DNA from: Trichoplax adhaerens
Taxonomy: Eukaryota; Animalia; Placozoa
NCBI RefSeq assembly: GCF_000150275.1
Contig: NW_002060972.1
Span: forward strand, 124,001-188,000
Reading direction: 5' to 3'
Length of the DNA stretch: 64,000 bases
The position numbers and the translations under genes are program-made. Positions within the stretch are counted from its first letter, which is position 1. Every line of letters begins with the position of its first letter. Shown one piece after another: positions 28,401 through 42,362 of the stretch. The notes under the pieces are model-generated. The model had not been told where the DNA came from, did not search any database, and saw only the letters and a list, made by a program, of their open reading frames with translations.

Positions 28401-29785
28401 ATACAAAGTTATTGAGATAAATTAAAGTACAGCTAAGGTGACTAAAGAAATTTTTGAATCATCATTAGGATGAAAACTATGGTTGGGGCATGTTGATAAT
28501 AACTATAAGCGTTGAGACTAGAGAGAAGATGGCTTATCAACAGGATCACCGATATCAGGATCTAAATCAGATTTATGCTGATGATTTTTATTTGTATACT
28601 TGGCAAAAAGAAAAGGACGGTTATGAAAGTAATCATGCATACTCCGTTCAGGTAATTGATATTATCTTATATGCTTATTCTATTAAAATACAATTTTATT
28701 TCCATTAAAATCAATTTCTTGCTTGAATTGTGTTTTAAATCTTGATGGAAAACATCAATAACTAATTTACTTTTAAATATTTAAATTAAAACTGAAATTG
28801 ACAGATGTAAATTGATACAATTAATAACTAAATGTCTTCAACTTCGAATTGTTATAGTGTTACAAATTTGGGGATAGTAAACATCAAACACAGCTAGTGC
28901 AAGTCATACCATGCGATCACTGGGAAGGAATAGTCTGTAAAATAAATTTGAGTTCTAGTGGAATGACTTACGATTCTCAGATTAAACACTCAACGCTAAA
29001 TATGCCGAGAGAGCAGCTAAATGAATGTTGGAGAGAGGAGGATGCTAATGTGATTGTAAGTGCAGTTTAAGTATACGTTTATTACCTGAGATAAACAAAA
29101 TAAAATGATGAATTAGATTAGAAGGAGTACTTGTATTATTAAAAACAAAAATTGAGGGCTATGTTCTTGTCAATAAGTTATCTTTACTTTACATTCAATT
29201 AATTTCAGAAAATGTTTGAGCGGCAAGAGAAAGAAATCTTTCTTTTAGAAAATGGAAATCATAGGGCTGTAAGAGAATTATAAATTTGCAATCATCTTAA
29301 ATGCAATTCCTCTATCTATGCTGTACTAAAATAAAATCTTAAAATTGTACACTCATAGGTACTAAATAGGGATGGTGAGATATTAGCAAAGCTGTATAAA
29401 GAAAATAGCGTAACGTTTAATTTATGTGTCTCATTTTTCAACAATGAAAATTTATGGTCCAACAAGTATTTCCTTGTATATAATTGGAGGCTTTCCATCC
29501 TGTTCATTTACGATGCTGAAACGCTGCAGCAACAAATCAATCTACCATTCCCTCACTTTCAAATAGTAAATATACAATGGAATGTACAACAATCTTCATT
29601 TATTGCTAGGGGTAAAAAGGATTGCTGTTTAATAGAAAGAATTTGAAAATGCATCATGGAAAAGAACAATGTTCTAACAATTCATTTTTCAAGCATATAC
29701 ATTAGCAAAGAAACATTGGGAGAAATTTTACTTGAATGAAAATGGCAAAATTCATCTATTGATCAAGCTGAATTCTTGTCTGTGA
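19438..29785 (+). CDS. APAF1: Apaf-1-like STAND protein: CARD - NB-ARC - helical domain - highly divergent beta-propeller-like C-terminus (~21 exons, ~1350 aa)
   Basis: The CARD exon is 19438-19747. Walker A ILIYGMAGSGKT is at ~20970-21006 and Walker B TLFIFDDIW at ~21610. Also present are sensor SIATSR, GLPLAI, the MHD-equivalent VVHDL (~23165), and HD2-like DDGYFYQNLIYH...LTDFNWM..KI. A frame-consistent GT-AG exon chain can be followed to TGA at 29783-29785. Some C-terminal exon boundaries are best guesses. Confidence 0.88.
25049..25230 (+). mobile_element. Possible Tc1/mariner terminal remnant in an Apaf-1-like intron
   Basis: Starts TA-CGAGGGGTAATCAAAA, which resembles mariner TIR starts after a TA target. 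No partner TIR or transposase was found. Confidence 0.3.
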
Positions 29786-31089
29786 GGAAAGGGCAAAGAG
29801 TTATTTGCTCCATTTTATCTTTTTGTTACGCGTTTCATTTTTATAACGTCATTATAATCGTTTACCTGTTCTTATAATATTACCTCATCAAATACAAATA
29901 TTATCAATCGTGAAAATCACTTGTTTGAACGGTATTTCATTTATTAGTTGTTAAGCTAGAAATCTAACAAGTACTGCTTGAAATGGTAATTCATCATAAC
30001 CAACTTAAGAAGGGGCTGCTAGCACTAATAAAGCCTCTTTACTCAGAGGTCTACTAAATGCTTTCCGCCATTTTAATTTTCTGTGCCAATAAGTTTGTCA
30101 CCGGATTCTTCAACAACTGTATCTGCAAATATTGCTAAAAAGAGAATACAATTTCATGTTTGTTCTGCCATGAATTTGTATTATTTCGCGAGCTTTACCA
30201 TATTAAATCATGCTGTGATTAAAAATGATAACTTAAATTAAACCTGATTTATAAAAAATGTTAAGAGAAAAAATGAAATTGAAAGTTAATTTTATAACTG
30301 AGTAACTTGCATGCTAAGTATCTGCTAGATAGATAGCATCGTTCGATTACATAAACTTATCTTACATACTTTCGTATTATAGTTTCTCTGTATTCCAGTA
30401 AACCACTAGTCCTACGCATCAGCTGTTAACAAGGAGCACTAATTAAGGATTGATTTGGATATTGCATTTTCTTTCTAGCTAAATAAATACTAAATATCTC
30501 AATATCAATGTACCAAACTAATAGAACATACGGGTACTATCAACATTATCATTTCTACATTATAATACATCGATGCAAACCCCACTTGGAACTCACTTAG
30601 AATAGAAACCTCCGTAATAAAGTTAAAATAGCCTAACAATATTCTCAACTTGCCAAGAGTTATTAGGTTCTTAAATAAATTGAAATATTTTAAATTTACT
30701 AGGACGATTGAATAAACTATCGATTAATTATTCGTTTATATTTTTCGATAGTATTGCAGCTTTACCTTATATTACCGATTAAATGAATTCTTCTTGTAAA
30801 ATACTGAGTAAAATTAGTTATGCTTAATGAAGTCTTTCTGCAGCTATGATACTAACATAAGTTTGTAAATTCTCATAGATTGAAATGAAATAGCCAGCGA
30901 TTGATGAAATACAAGTAGTTATCACAACGGGCTTCTATTAGAAGTGTACTGTATAATTGATCGACAGATTTAAGTTGAAGGTCAAGGAATGATTGATAGT
31001 CATTGATTACGATAGATTAGCGAGCCTATTGTACAGCTATAGCTGAAAGTGTTCACGGACTTTTGGTAAGTGTTATGAGTAGACATAGC

Positions 31090-32200
31090 TACCTTCGATC
31101 TTAATAAAAGTATTAGCGAAAATTCCAAAACAGCTCATCAATTGAATAGTGTAATGTACAGTGTCCGAAAGGAAGACGATGCATTCGTGCTGAAGACATT
31201 GAATACTTTATGAGAATAGTTGATCAGTTTTGGCGATTAAGAACCATGATTGAGGATACTCCGACATATTCATTTGTGTTACTTGGCCGTCATTTGTCCA
31301 TACTTTACTTTATTCAACACATTACTCGTATCAATGGGCTGATTCTTCTGTTGATTGCATCTACAAAGAATTGAAGTCTACCTTATTTTCTCCTCGATTG
31401 CATGTGAAATTAACATTGCAAATAATAACCTATAAATTGCTACGAGTAAAAATGAGTGCATAGATCGATCGATTGAGGCAATGCCTATTTGAAATTATTT
31501 CCGAATATGCTTGCATATGCATTAAATGGCGGTATGAAATGGTATACTATGCTACAAGTGGTGCCGATGGGGTTATTGTAAAAAATTTTCGCCATGCGTT
31601 CAAACTTGGTAATGTGACTGAGAATGATAGTAATCAGCATCCAAGATTCCATCCCAGTTTTCACATTCACATTACTATTTTGCACTCGTACAATCGGATA
31701 AAAGTATGCGTTTCCTAAGAATGAAGCAACTAAAAAGATAGAATCATTTTCTGTGAATTCAATTTACTAATTGTAAATGGTGATAATTGCAGACATCGAT
31801 CATTATTTATCAATGTTTTCAAAGTGTCCGAGCAGATCGACGATACACCAACAGAACAACGTTTTGGCAAATGGACGGAAGTGATAATTGATAGCTCATC
31901 GGTACAATTTGTACTACAGTAGGTGCTTAGTCGTATTTACAGTATTTGGTCATGCCATAACCAAAGCCTATTCACAGATTAATAAATTACATGGACAGGA
32001 AACTTACCTTGGTTAGTCGGATATTTCGGCATCATGCGGTAAAATATAGTTCCAAACACTTGTGTTTGTTATAATGTCCTTAGGCGTTTCCTCGATTCTG
32101 CAATTCGCTTATTATTTTAATGAAGTAACATCAGATTGAAATCTGATCTATTTTACTAAGTTCTGCTTCAAAACAGTTCTATATAGTCATGAATGTTCTC
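31090..32200 (-). pseudogene. Multi-exon degenerate relic with ~330-bp units, possibly poly-death-fold
   Basis: DNA similarity to 17370-17705 and internally (actcgta motif at ~31324 and ~31685). Minus-strand fragments MLISHAIEEKIR(V)DFNSL and FEAELSKIDQI resemble the CARD start MVLSNHIIKVIEAEYSLI. There are many stops. Confidence 0.3.
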
Positions 32201-33282
32201 AAATTAGTACAAGTGATTAAGAAAAATAGGTACAGAAGATTATACAAAGTAAGTAATTTTTCGTTATTTGGCTTCTTTGGACAGAAAAAGTCTGTCTGTT
32301 CAGGTGCCATCGAGTAGTCTATGGCCTATTAAAAGACTACTAAATTACATCTAGTAGTCCATGCAGTGGTCCATAGTTTATTACTTCTCTCTAATGACGT
32401 GAACTATCAGACCATTTTAACCTAATTTTCAATTCGATGCAAAACTCTTTGAAATAAGATAATTCCTCTGTAGGTTTTAAGTGAATAATTTCACATCATG
32501 AACTTTACTGAAAAAATATGATATCAAAATTACCCGAGAGGATTACCACTTATGCTTATTTTCATCTAAAAATTCAATCAATAATAAAAATAAAAATGAT
32601 CGACGTATCGATATCATTCTTTTCAAATTAGAACGGAACAAAGCTAGATATTAATTAATACCGTTGGCACTATTATGTCTAATTATACAATAATAAAATT
32701 GATCCTAAGTCCATTTAGTGATTAATACTACCATACCACAGTAGTCTCATGACAGGTTGATTGTTGAATTGGCTCACCTGGACAGTAATCGATTTTCAAT
32801 CTTGTAATCCATATACAAAATATACAAAATGCAAGGTAGAATGTATAAATTATATAATGCTCGACAGTTGTTATAACAGCGGGGTATGAAGTTCTTCCAC
32901 TGTAATTACATGAACATCACAATAAAGCGGAATCCAAGGAAACTTGACAAATCTTTTAGACGTCGTGTAGCCAAACCTACAACCATAATTCCCCCAGTGA
33001 TGCACATTATACGTAGAAATATGCCTATCTTAAAACCTTCCATCTAGAATATCCAAATTAAAATTGCAACAGTGTTATACTTAGAATATGTTTTTCAATG
33101 ACAATAATCTACATACGAATTCCTTGAAAGCAAATCGCACATTGCACTATTAAACTAGAAAATCAGCTCTATCAGTAGAAGGTTAATGCAATGTCAAGAT
33201 AGGTTTCAACGGGGGCCGTAATATACGAATGTTAAAATTGTAAATGGACCTCATCATGCTGGACTTACAGTACTCATAAATA

Positions 33283-33618
33283 CTGACGAGACTATAAAAG
33301 GCTGGTGCCTGAAGACCACTTTTTTTAGTTAGTTAGTCGGTTAGTTAGTCGGTTAGTTAGTCCACTAGTTTGTCAATTGCTATTAAATTGTCGAGACTAT
33401 AATCTTGGTTGTCAAGATTTCTTCAGTAATAAATAGTAGTAAATCTCTGACTGCCTCGTCTACATTATACTATAGACTATAGTATTCGGTTGTTGGAACT
33501 GAATTATTTGGTAATATAGCTAATCTCGTCTCTTTAAGTCAGTAAGAGGCGTTCTTCATAAGCATTGGCGTTTGTAAACTACTTTGTCACTAGTGGTGTG
33601 ACACCATTACAGCAAGAC
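33283..33618 (+). repeat. Dispersed ~310-bp repeat, copy 2
   Basis: Begins with TATAAAAG and GGTTAGTTAGTC-like short repeats. It matches 2891-3200 (inverted) and 35520-35818. Confidence 0.9.
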
Positions 33619-33819
33619 ATGATTATGCTGCTGAAAACGAATCTACAACCAGGTGATGTATAAATCGCAGAATCTACCGCCACAAGCTATTAGACTGGAA
33701 GATCGTAAATTTACTTAGTAATTTACTGACTAAAAAATTTTATGTACGCTTTCGAAACATAATGTTTATCATGTATTATTCTTACGCCTTATGTCTATCA
33801 CAGATCTAATCTTCAGTAC

Positions 33820-34159
33820 ATGTCCACCATGGATCTTCGGTCAGTACGAGATCTGAATCCTTACATCAGCGATATTATAGAAAACAATTTCCAAACCCTC
33901 TACTTAAAGATTTGCTTATCAGATATTATTGAACAATTATAATCTAACCATGCTATATGAAGAGATGAAGCGGAATGGATCACAAAGAATTATTACCGTA
34001 ATAGTGAGGAGATATTCGAGTTTATTCGAATATTGCGAACGACAAACGATGTTGAGTTTCTCCAAGTTATGTTTCGTACTTAAAGATTGCAAAGTTGAAG
34101 GTATCTGCAATATTGGCCAAATGGTAGAAAATCAAGCGAACACTACCTTAGACCTCTAA
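33820..34159 (+). pseudogene. CARD pseudogene paralogous to the Apaf-1-like CARD
   Basis: Reads MSTMDLRSVRDLNPYISDIIENNFQTL...EQL*SNHAI*RDEAEWI...EEIFEFIRILRTTNDVE(frameshift)FSKLCFVLKDCKVEGICNIGQMVENQA. This aligns across the whole CARD at 19438-19747, with two stops and one frameshift. Confidence 0.8.
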
Positions 34160-34556
34160 AATATATGTAACTAATTTTAAAGATCATTGACATCGAATGA
34201 CTCTTTTAACTTTAAAGTAATGATATAAGCTGATTATTTTAAAATTTTTTATCAAAATTATGTACATAAAATAGTCCAGCTATGTGTTACAGCTACGAAA
34301 CACTTCTTACAAATGAAAACGAAAAAATGACGATTTCTTAGTTTGTTATGTTACCGTAAGTATAGCCGTGGACTAGCAAAAGAAGCCTATTATGCAGCAT
34401 GCTAATATAGTGCATATTATATACTACGCTATATTTGTAAAATTGTACGATGTAATACTGTATATATAGTGTCAGTCAGTAATAGTACGGTTAAGATTGC
34501 TTTTGTGTTTACGCTAATTCGATAATACCTAAAGTTATTACGTTGCAACTTGCTAT

Positions 34557-34862
34557 TGTCACAGGTTAAATAAATAATTATACTTGTCATTGAATAATTA
34601 TAGTATTCTACAAATGTAACATACTACACTTGTTAATTCTACGTGTTAATGGTGGATTATACTGCGTACACTAGCGAATTCACTGTTACACAAACTTGTG
34701 ATTATAATGCGTTGTAAGTGTCAACGGCGTACGTATATAAGCCGCCACTTTTCAATACAATAAAGAGAGAGCAGAGTTAGTAGCTAGTTTTACAATAACT
34801 TCAACTACGTGTTCAATTTCTTGTCTCTATGCTAAGTGAGAGTAGTACAAGCTTTCAATACA
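34557..34862 (+). mobile_element. Solo LTR candidate (306 bp)
   Basis: Begins TGT and ends ACA. An internal TATATAA (~34734) is followed by AATAAA (~34759). It is flanked by GCTAT / GTTAT, a 5-bp target-site duplication with one mismatch. Confidence 0.55.
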
Positions 34863-35519
34863 GTTATTAGTATTCGCTCTAGATGGTAATATACAACAGT
34901 GCATATGTATTCTTGTTATTGCGATGATTAAAGTAATCAATTCATAGGTAAAAACTAAGGTAATAATATAATAAAATTAATCTACGGTAAAAGCATTGAT
35001 AATTTTTATTATACAAATTTTGAAGGAAAGTTAAAAAGATTTTACCTCCATAAAAATTAGGTATAAGGGAAAAGTTATTAATTAGCGATACTTAAATACT
35101 TCTAACGCGGCTTTACTAGGAATTAATCCTTTAATTATGGTCATTACAAATCTTAGAAATATTACAAGTATAATTAAATCTTCTCGAGACCTGAGTAGAA
35201 TCATGATAGACTAGTGAATAGAAAGTAATTAACTCTAAACTTACTATTTCTGCTTGCCTCTTTATCAAGAAATATTCATAAGTTAGTCATCTTGTCATCA
35301 ATCTCCAAAGTTTATCGAAGATCGATAATATAGAAAATTGGTTTAGAGATCATCGCAAATGCTGTTATGTCCTATTTAGAGATTACAATTCTTTATTACT
35401 TCTTTCCATTTACATACTGTTGGATAAGCACAGTAAGAGAACTATGGACCAACAAAAATTAGTACAATAAAGAATAGAGAATTAAGCTGAAGAAATAGCC
35501 ATCAATATTAAACTGATTG

Positions 35520-35818
35520 GAAACTAGTGACTAAAAACCACTTTTTAGTTAGTTAGTCAGTCAACTAGTTTGTCAATTGCTATTGAATTGTCAAGGCTAT
35601 AATCTTGATTGTCAAGATTTCTTAAGTAGTAAATAGTAGCAATTCTCTGACTACCTCGTCTATACTATCAGTGACGCTATAACTATAGTATAGTATTCGT
35701 TTGTTGGAACTGATCTATTTGGTGATATAGCTAATCTCGTCTCTTCAAGTCAGTAGAAGGCGTTTTTCATTAGCGGTGGCGTGTGTAGACTTACTTTGTT
35801 ACTAGTGGTGCGTGACAT
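35520..35818 (+). repeat. Dispersed ~310-bp repeat, copy 3 (5'-truncated)
   Basis: Aligns with ~33310-33604 and lacks the TATA-containing end. Confidence 0.88.
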
Positions 35819-35924
35819 ATCTATAGTAGAATTTCAATCTCCTTGTATTTCATATTAAGTTGTAGACAATATTTAATGTAACGTTTAATGCAAATTCATT
35901 TCACCACTCAAATATCACTAAAGA

Positions 35925-36310
35925 AGCGTTCGCCAATTCTGTAGCATATCTTTGCATTACTAGGTAAACCTCTTATTTGAAGACCAGCTATAGTAACACA
36001 TTGGCAACTGGTCTACCCCAGATGTTACAGCAACGTTGCCTATTCAGCTGCATATCTTTAGCAGAAATAATAGCATAATGACAATTGGTCTAATGAAAGG
36101 TACAACAGCGTTCGCCAATTCTAGTAAATATTCTTGTATTACTAGGTAAATCTACTATTTGAAGACCAGGAATAGTAGCATATCGGCAATTGGCTTACCT
36201 TGGAATTTAAAGTAGCGTTCGCCAATTCTGTTACATACCCTTGTATCTCTAGGTAAATTTACTATTTGAGCCAGCAACAGTAGTATATCGGCAATTGGTC
36301 TACCGTAAGA
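35925..36310. repeat. Degenerate tandem repeat, 3 units with an exact 16-bp head AGCGTTCGCCAATTCT
   Basis: Heads at 35925, 36107 and 36214. The unit bodies are also similar (ctaggtaaa...tatttg...ccag...ggcaattgg). Confidence 0.8.
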
Positions 36311-36754
36311 TATATAGCCGGCAGCTTTCGATAGGCAATTGTCATAGAATTCATGACGAATTAGAAAGGCGTTAACACATGCGCTATAATGATGAGATTG
36401 CGGTAACGAATCAGCTCTTTCTAACTCTGCAATAATTCTAATCGCAGACAATTCGGTTTAAAACATTTTATTACGGAGTTCTCGTTACAGCAGTCTTCAA
36501 CTGCAGGCTATAATCTCAAGCACGAAAGACAACCTCTATAACATTACCTTAACTACTTACTAGACTCAGTAGAAGAACGAAATTCTGCTATTACTGTGGC
36601 TCCCTACGAAACATAAACAGGAACATCCTTTGTTCTACCAACATGACCATATTTGTACATGTTATTATTAGCTCGTTAACATTGACAACAGTATTACAAC
36701 CTACATAATAACACAACATCATTACAATTCTAGTATCTGATTGACTGGATTGAA

Positions 36755-37234
36755 TCATCGCGTTAAGTCCAGTTCTAAGTCAACAAATTCAATAGCAGGA
36801 TCGTACTTGTAAATATAGCGGCGGGTTTGCTTAAAACCTAACGATCTGTAAAGGGATGTGGCTGCTTTCAACATTTCTCGAGTACTCAGTCTCATCTGTG
36901 TGTAACCAATACTTCGTGCTTCCTGAATAGCTGTTTCAACTAATTTTCTTCCTAATTTTTTCCCTCGAAATTTCGATCGTACATATGGATGCTTTAATTC
37001 ACAAATACCAGGTTCCAATTCTGCCAGTCCAACACATCCTGCAGCATTCCCATCATCGGAAACCAAGAACAGTCTTCCTTTAGGAGGTGCATATATCCCT
37101 GGTAGAGATTTAATTTTAATTTCCTATGCCATTTCCAAGCGCCATCCGCTGATACTGGCGAAATCCCTTAATTCTTAGAATAAACAGACGATCTCACTAA
37201 AGTCATCGAGTGTTGTAGCGTGAATAATATTCAT
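36755..37234 (-). pseudogene. GNAT acetyltransferase pseudogene, paralog of 1332-1802
   Basis: A 480-nt frame runs from ATG at 37234: MNIIHATTLDDFSEIVCLF*ELRD...EMA*EIKIKSLPGIYAPPKGRLFL...GCVGL. In-frame stops are at 37175-37177 and 37124-37126. The listed 103-aa ORF is its 3' part. Confidence 0.88.
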
Positions 37235-37344
37235 CCTAATCCAAATTTAATAGAGGAGCTATATCGCATAGTTGCCTCTATCTCAGTGTTTTCTTCTACT
37301 GATTCACAGAGTATTTGATTGTATAGTATTGAATGAAAGAGTTC

Positions 37345-37926
37345 ACTCATCTATCTGAAATATTCAATACTAACAATGCTTCAAGTCAGAGACATGCAAC
37401 AGAAAAGTTCTTCTCTCTTTCTTTCAAAGTCTTTACTAATCAAGCAATACTAGAAAGTAAGCACTAAGCACCATACTAAGCATATACCATATTGAGCAGT
37501 GTACACAGACTATACTGTACAAACTATTGTAAAGTACAGCATTTTATAATACACTACATTGTAAACATGGCTATTATTTTATTAATACATGCGTTATAAT
37601 AATGAAATTCCTGTAACTTATTGCCTCAATGTTGTCGCCGATTTTGTAATAGCTAGAGCATGAAGTAAACGAATATTGACTCAACATGTGGTTCCATCCT
37701 AACCATAGGCTATTCGGTGCGTAATATAATAGATAGAGACAGTCTACTGTAGACAATAACACAGAAACAATATACGATCATCAAGTTGCCATAGTAAGGC
37801 CTTCAAGCAACGCCTCGTTGAGGCCTTCTCTCTTACTTTTTGATAAAAGTAAGAGAGAAGCACTTTTTTGTTACATGTAACTGACTTGAGGCGTTGTTAG
37901 CATGGAATACGTCAGATAGATGAGTC
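37345..37926. mobile_element. MITE/foldback-like element with ~85-bp terminal inverted repeats
   Basis: 37345-37428 (actcatctatctga...tcaagtcag...cttctctctt) is the imperfect reverse complement of 37838-37926. No coding capacity is visible. Confidence 0.7.
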
Positions 37927-39630
37927 AGCTGGTGCTATTTTGTTCAATGACAGTCGGTCAGAGTATGGGTGTTAGCCATATACCCAATTAGTTCTAATGG
38001 TCATACTGACTTGCTCAAACGGGTATTACGTATAAGCTATAGCTAGTTAATGTCACTCCTAATTAGTTCAGAAATGAAATTAATGTACTGTACGTTATTT
38101 GCTACGAAATATTACTACTGACCAACAAAATTTGAGGTGAAGTCCATAATATCGATAGGATTGGTCTTCATTAATAAGTTGATCTGTGTTTCTCATTTAC
38201 ATCGCTTAATTATACTACTAAGGTTTCCCGGTATTGACTAATTCAACTAGCAGCTTAAATAGCTGTATTTAGTAGGGTTTACTCTATAAAGTTGTTCGAT
38301 AGATTATGGCACAGTGTGACTAAAGCAATTGTTAGCCGTTTAATTGGTGGAAACCAATGAAAGTATTAGCGCTTTACATTTGCATAGTAAACTCGAGAGA
38401 AATAATCCAAGGCTGAGCTGTAAGAAAAAATTGAATAATCCAAGCATATTCCTATCAATGCTCTCGTATCAGTAAAACACAGGATGCAGGAAATGATTTA
38501 TTCTATTTTTTAGCATAGTATAAACAACGTATGAAACCAATTACTCAAAATTCGAGTACTAAACTCCATGACTCAGTATTAAGGTAATTTAATTTTATTC
38601 AGCTTGATATTCAGCTCCTGCTTTCTACATGACGCGATGATCGACTATCTTTAAGAGTCAACTTACTCGCACGCATCGAATCTCTAAATTTAGAAATATT
38701 TTGAATCTTTTGGCACTATCTACATCATTTCCTCCCAAGCTTGAATATCAAAGATTATAAGGTGTCCAGTCAAAAATCGAAATTAATAACTCTGAGAGGG
38801 AAGACTGAAAGTACAAAATACAGCGGTGATCTCTTACGCGCATTTATAAAACGATTTCCTAATATCTCCAGTGCCTTATTGTAATCACGACTTTCTTGTC
38901 CAATTAGAAAAAAAAACACAACTACTGAGTTTTCTTTTAGGATAAGCTACGATTTATCACGTTGAAAAAAATCGATATACCATGCGACTCTCTTTCCAAG
39001 TAGTCTCTAATTTCCCTCATTCAAAAACATACGTGCGAATTGTTACCCTTAAAATAAAAAGAACGGGACCGGGGGCTAATCCTATATTAATAACAAATGA
39101 ATGTTCGCTTTAACAGCTACGTAGTAAGCATATATACTGTAATAAGAAATAATCTAGCAGTGAATTTCCTTTTAACGACTTTCTTTGTGTAGAATAAATA
39201 CGCGTTCTTTTGAAGCAGGAACTTTACTAGTACAAAGAATGGGGATCTGCTAGGAAACATAAAAAGTACTACAAAGAAAGAGAAGTCTCTGTTTCTATTA
39301 AGTTCAAAAGCTCCTAAGGAATGATCCTCAAGGGGAATGGTAAAGAAAAAGAGAGAGACCCCCTATTGTATCATGTACAATTCCTAACGCGCTGTATAAA
39401 ATTAAAATGACCGGAAAAATAATTGGCCGTCATATTTTTGTAGCGGAAAAGTCGTTTCCTGTCCTTGCGGAATTGTAGCGAGTAATTTCTGATAATTACC
39501 TGACTTATTACTTTAACTGATACCATCGTACTTTATAGGTTGTCAGCAGAGACGTTGGCTCAAATTTCATGCATACAGAATCGTGGAGGCTCTAATCCTA
39601 AGAAACTGCTGGTAAACATATTCTGCGACT

Positions 39631-42362
<2,732 letters not shown>

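Noticed and set aside
35925-36310. CRISPR-like array
   Set aside because: The sequences between the 16-bp heads are homologous to each other and unequal in length, there are no cas genes, and the context is eukaryotic.
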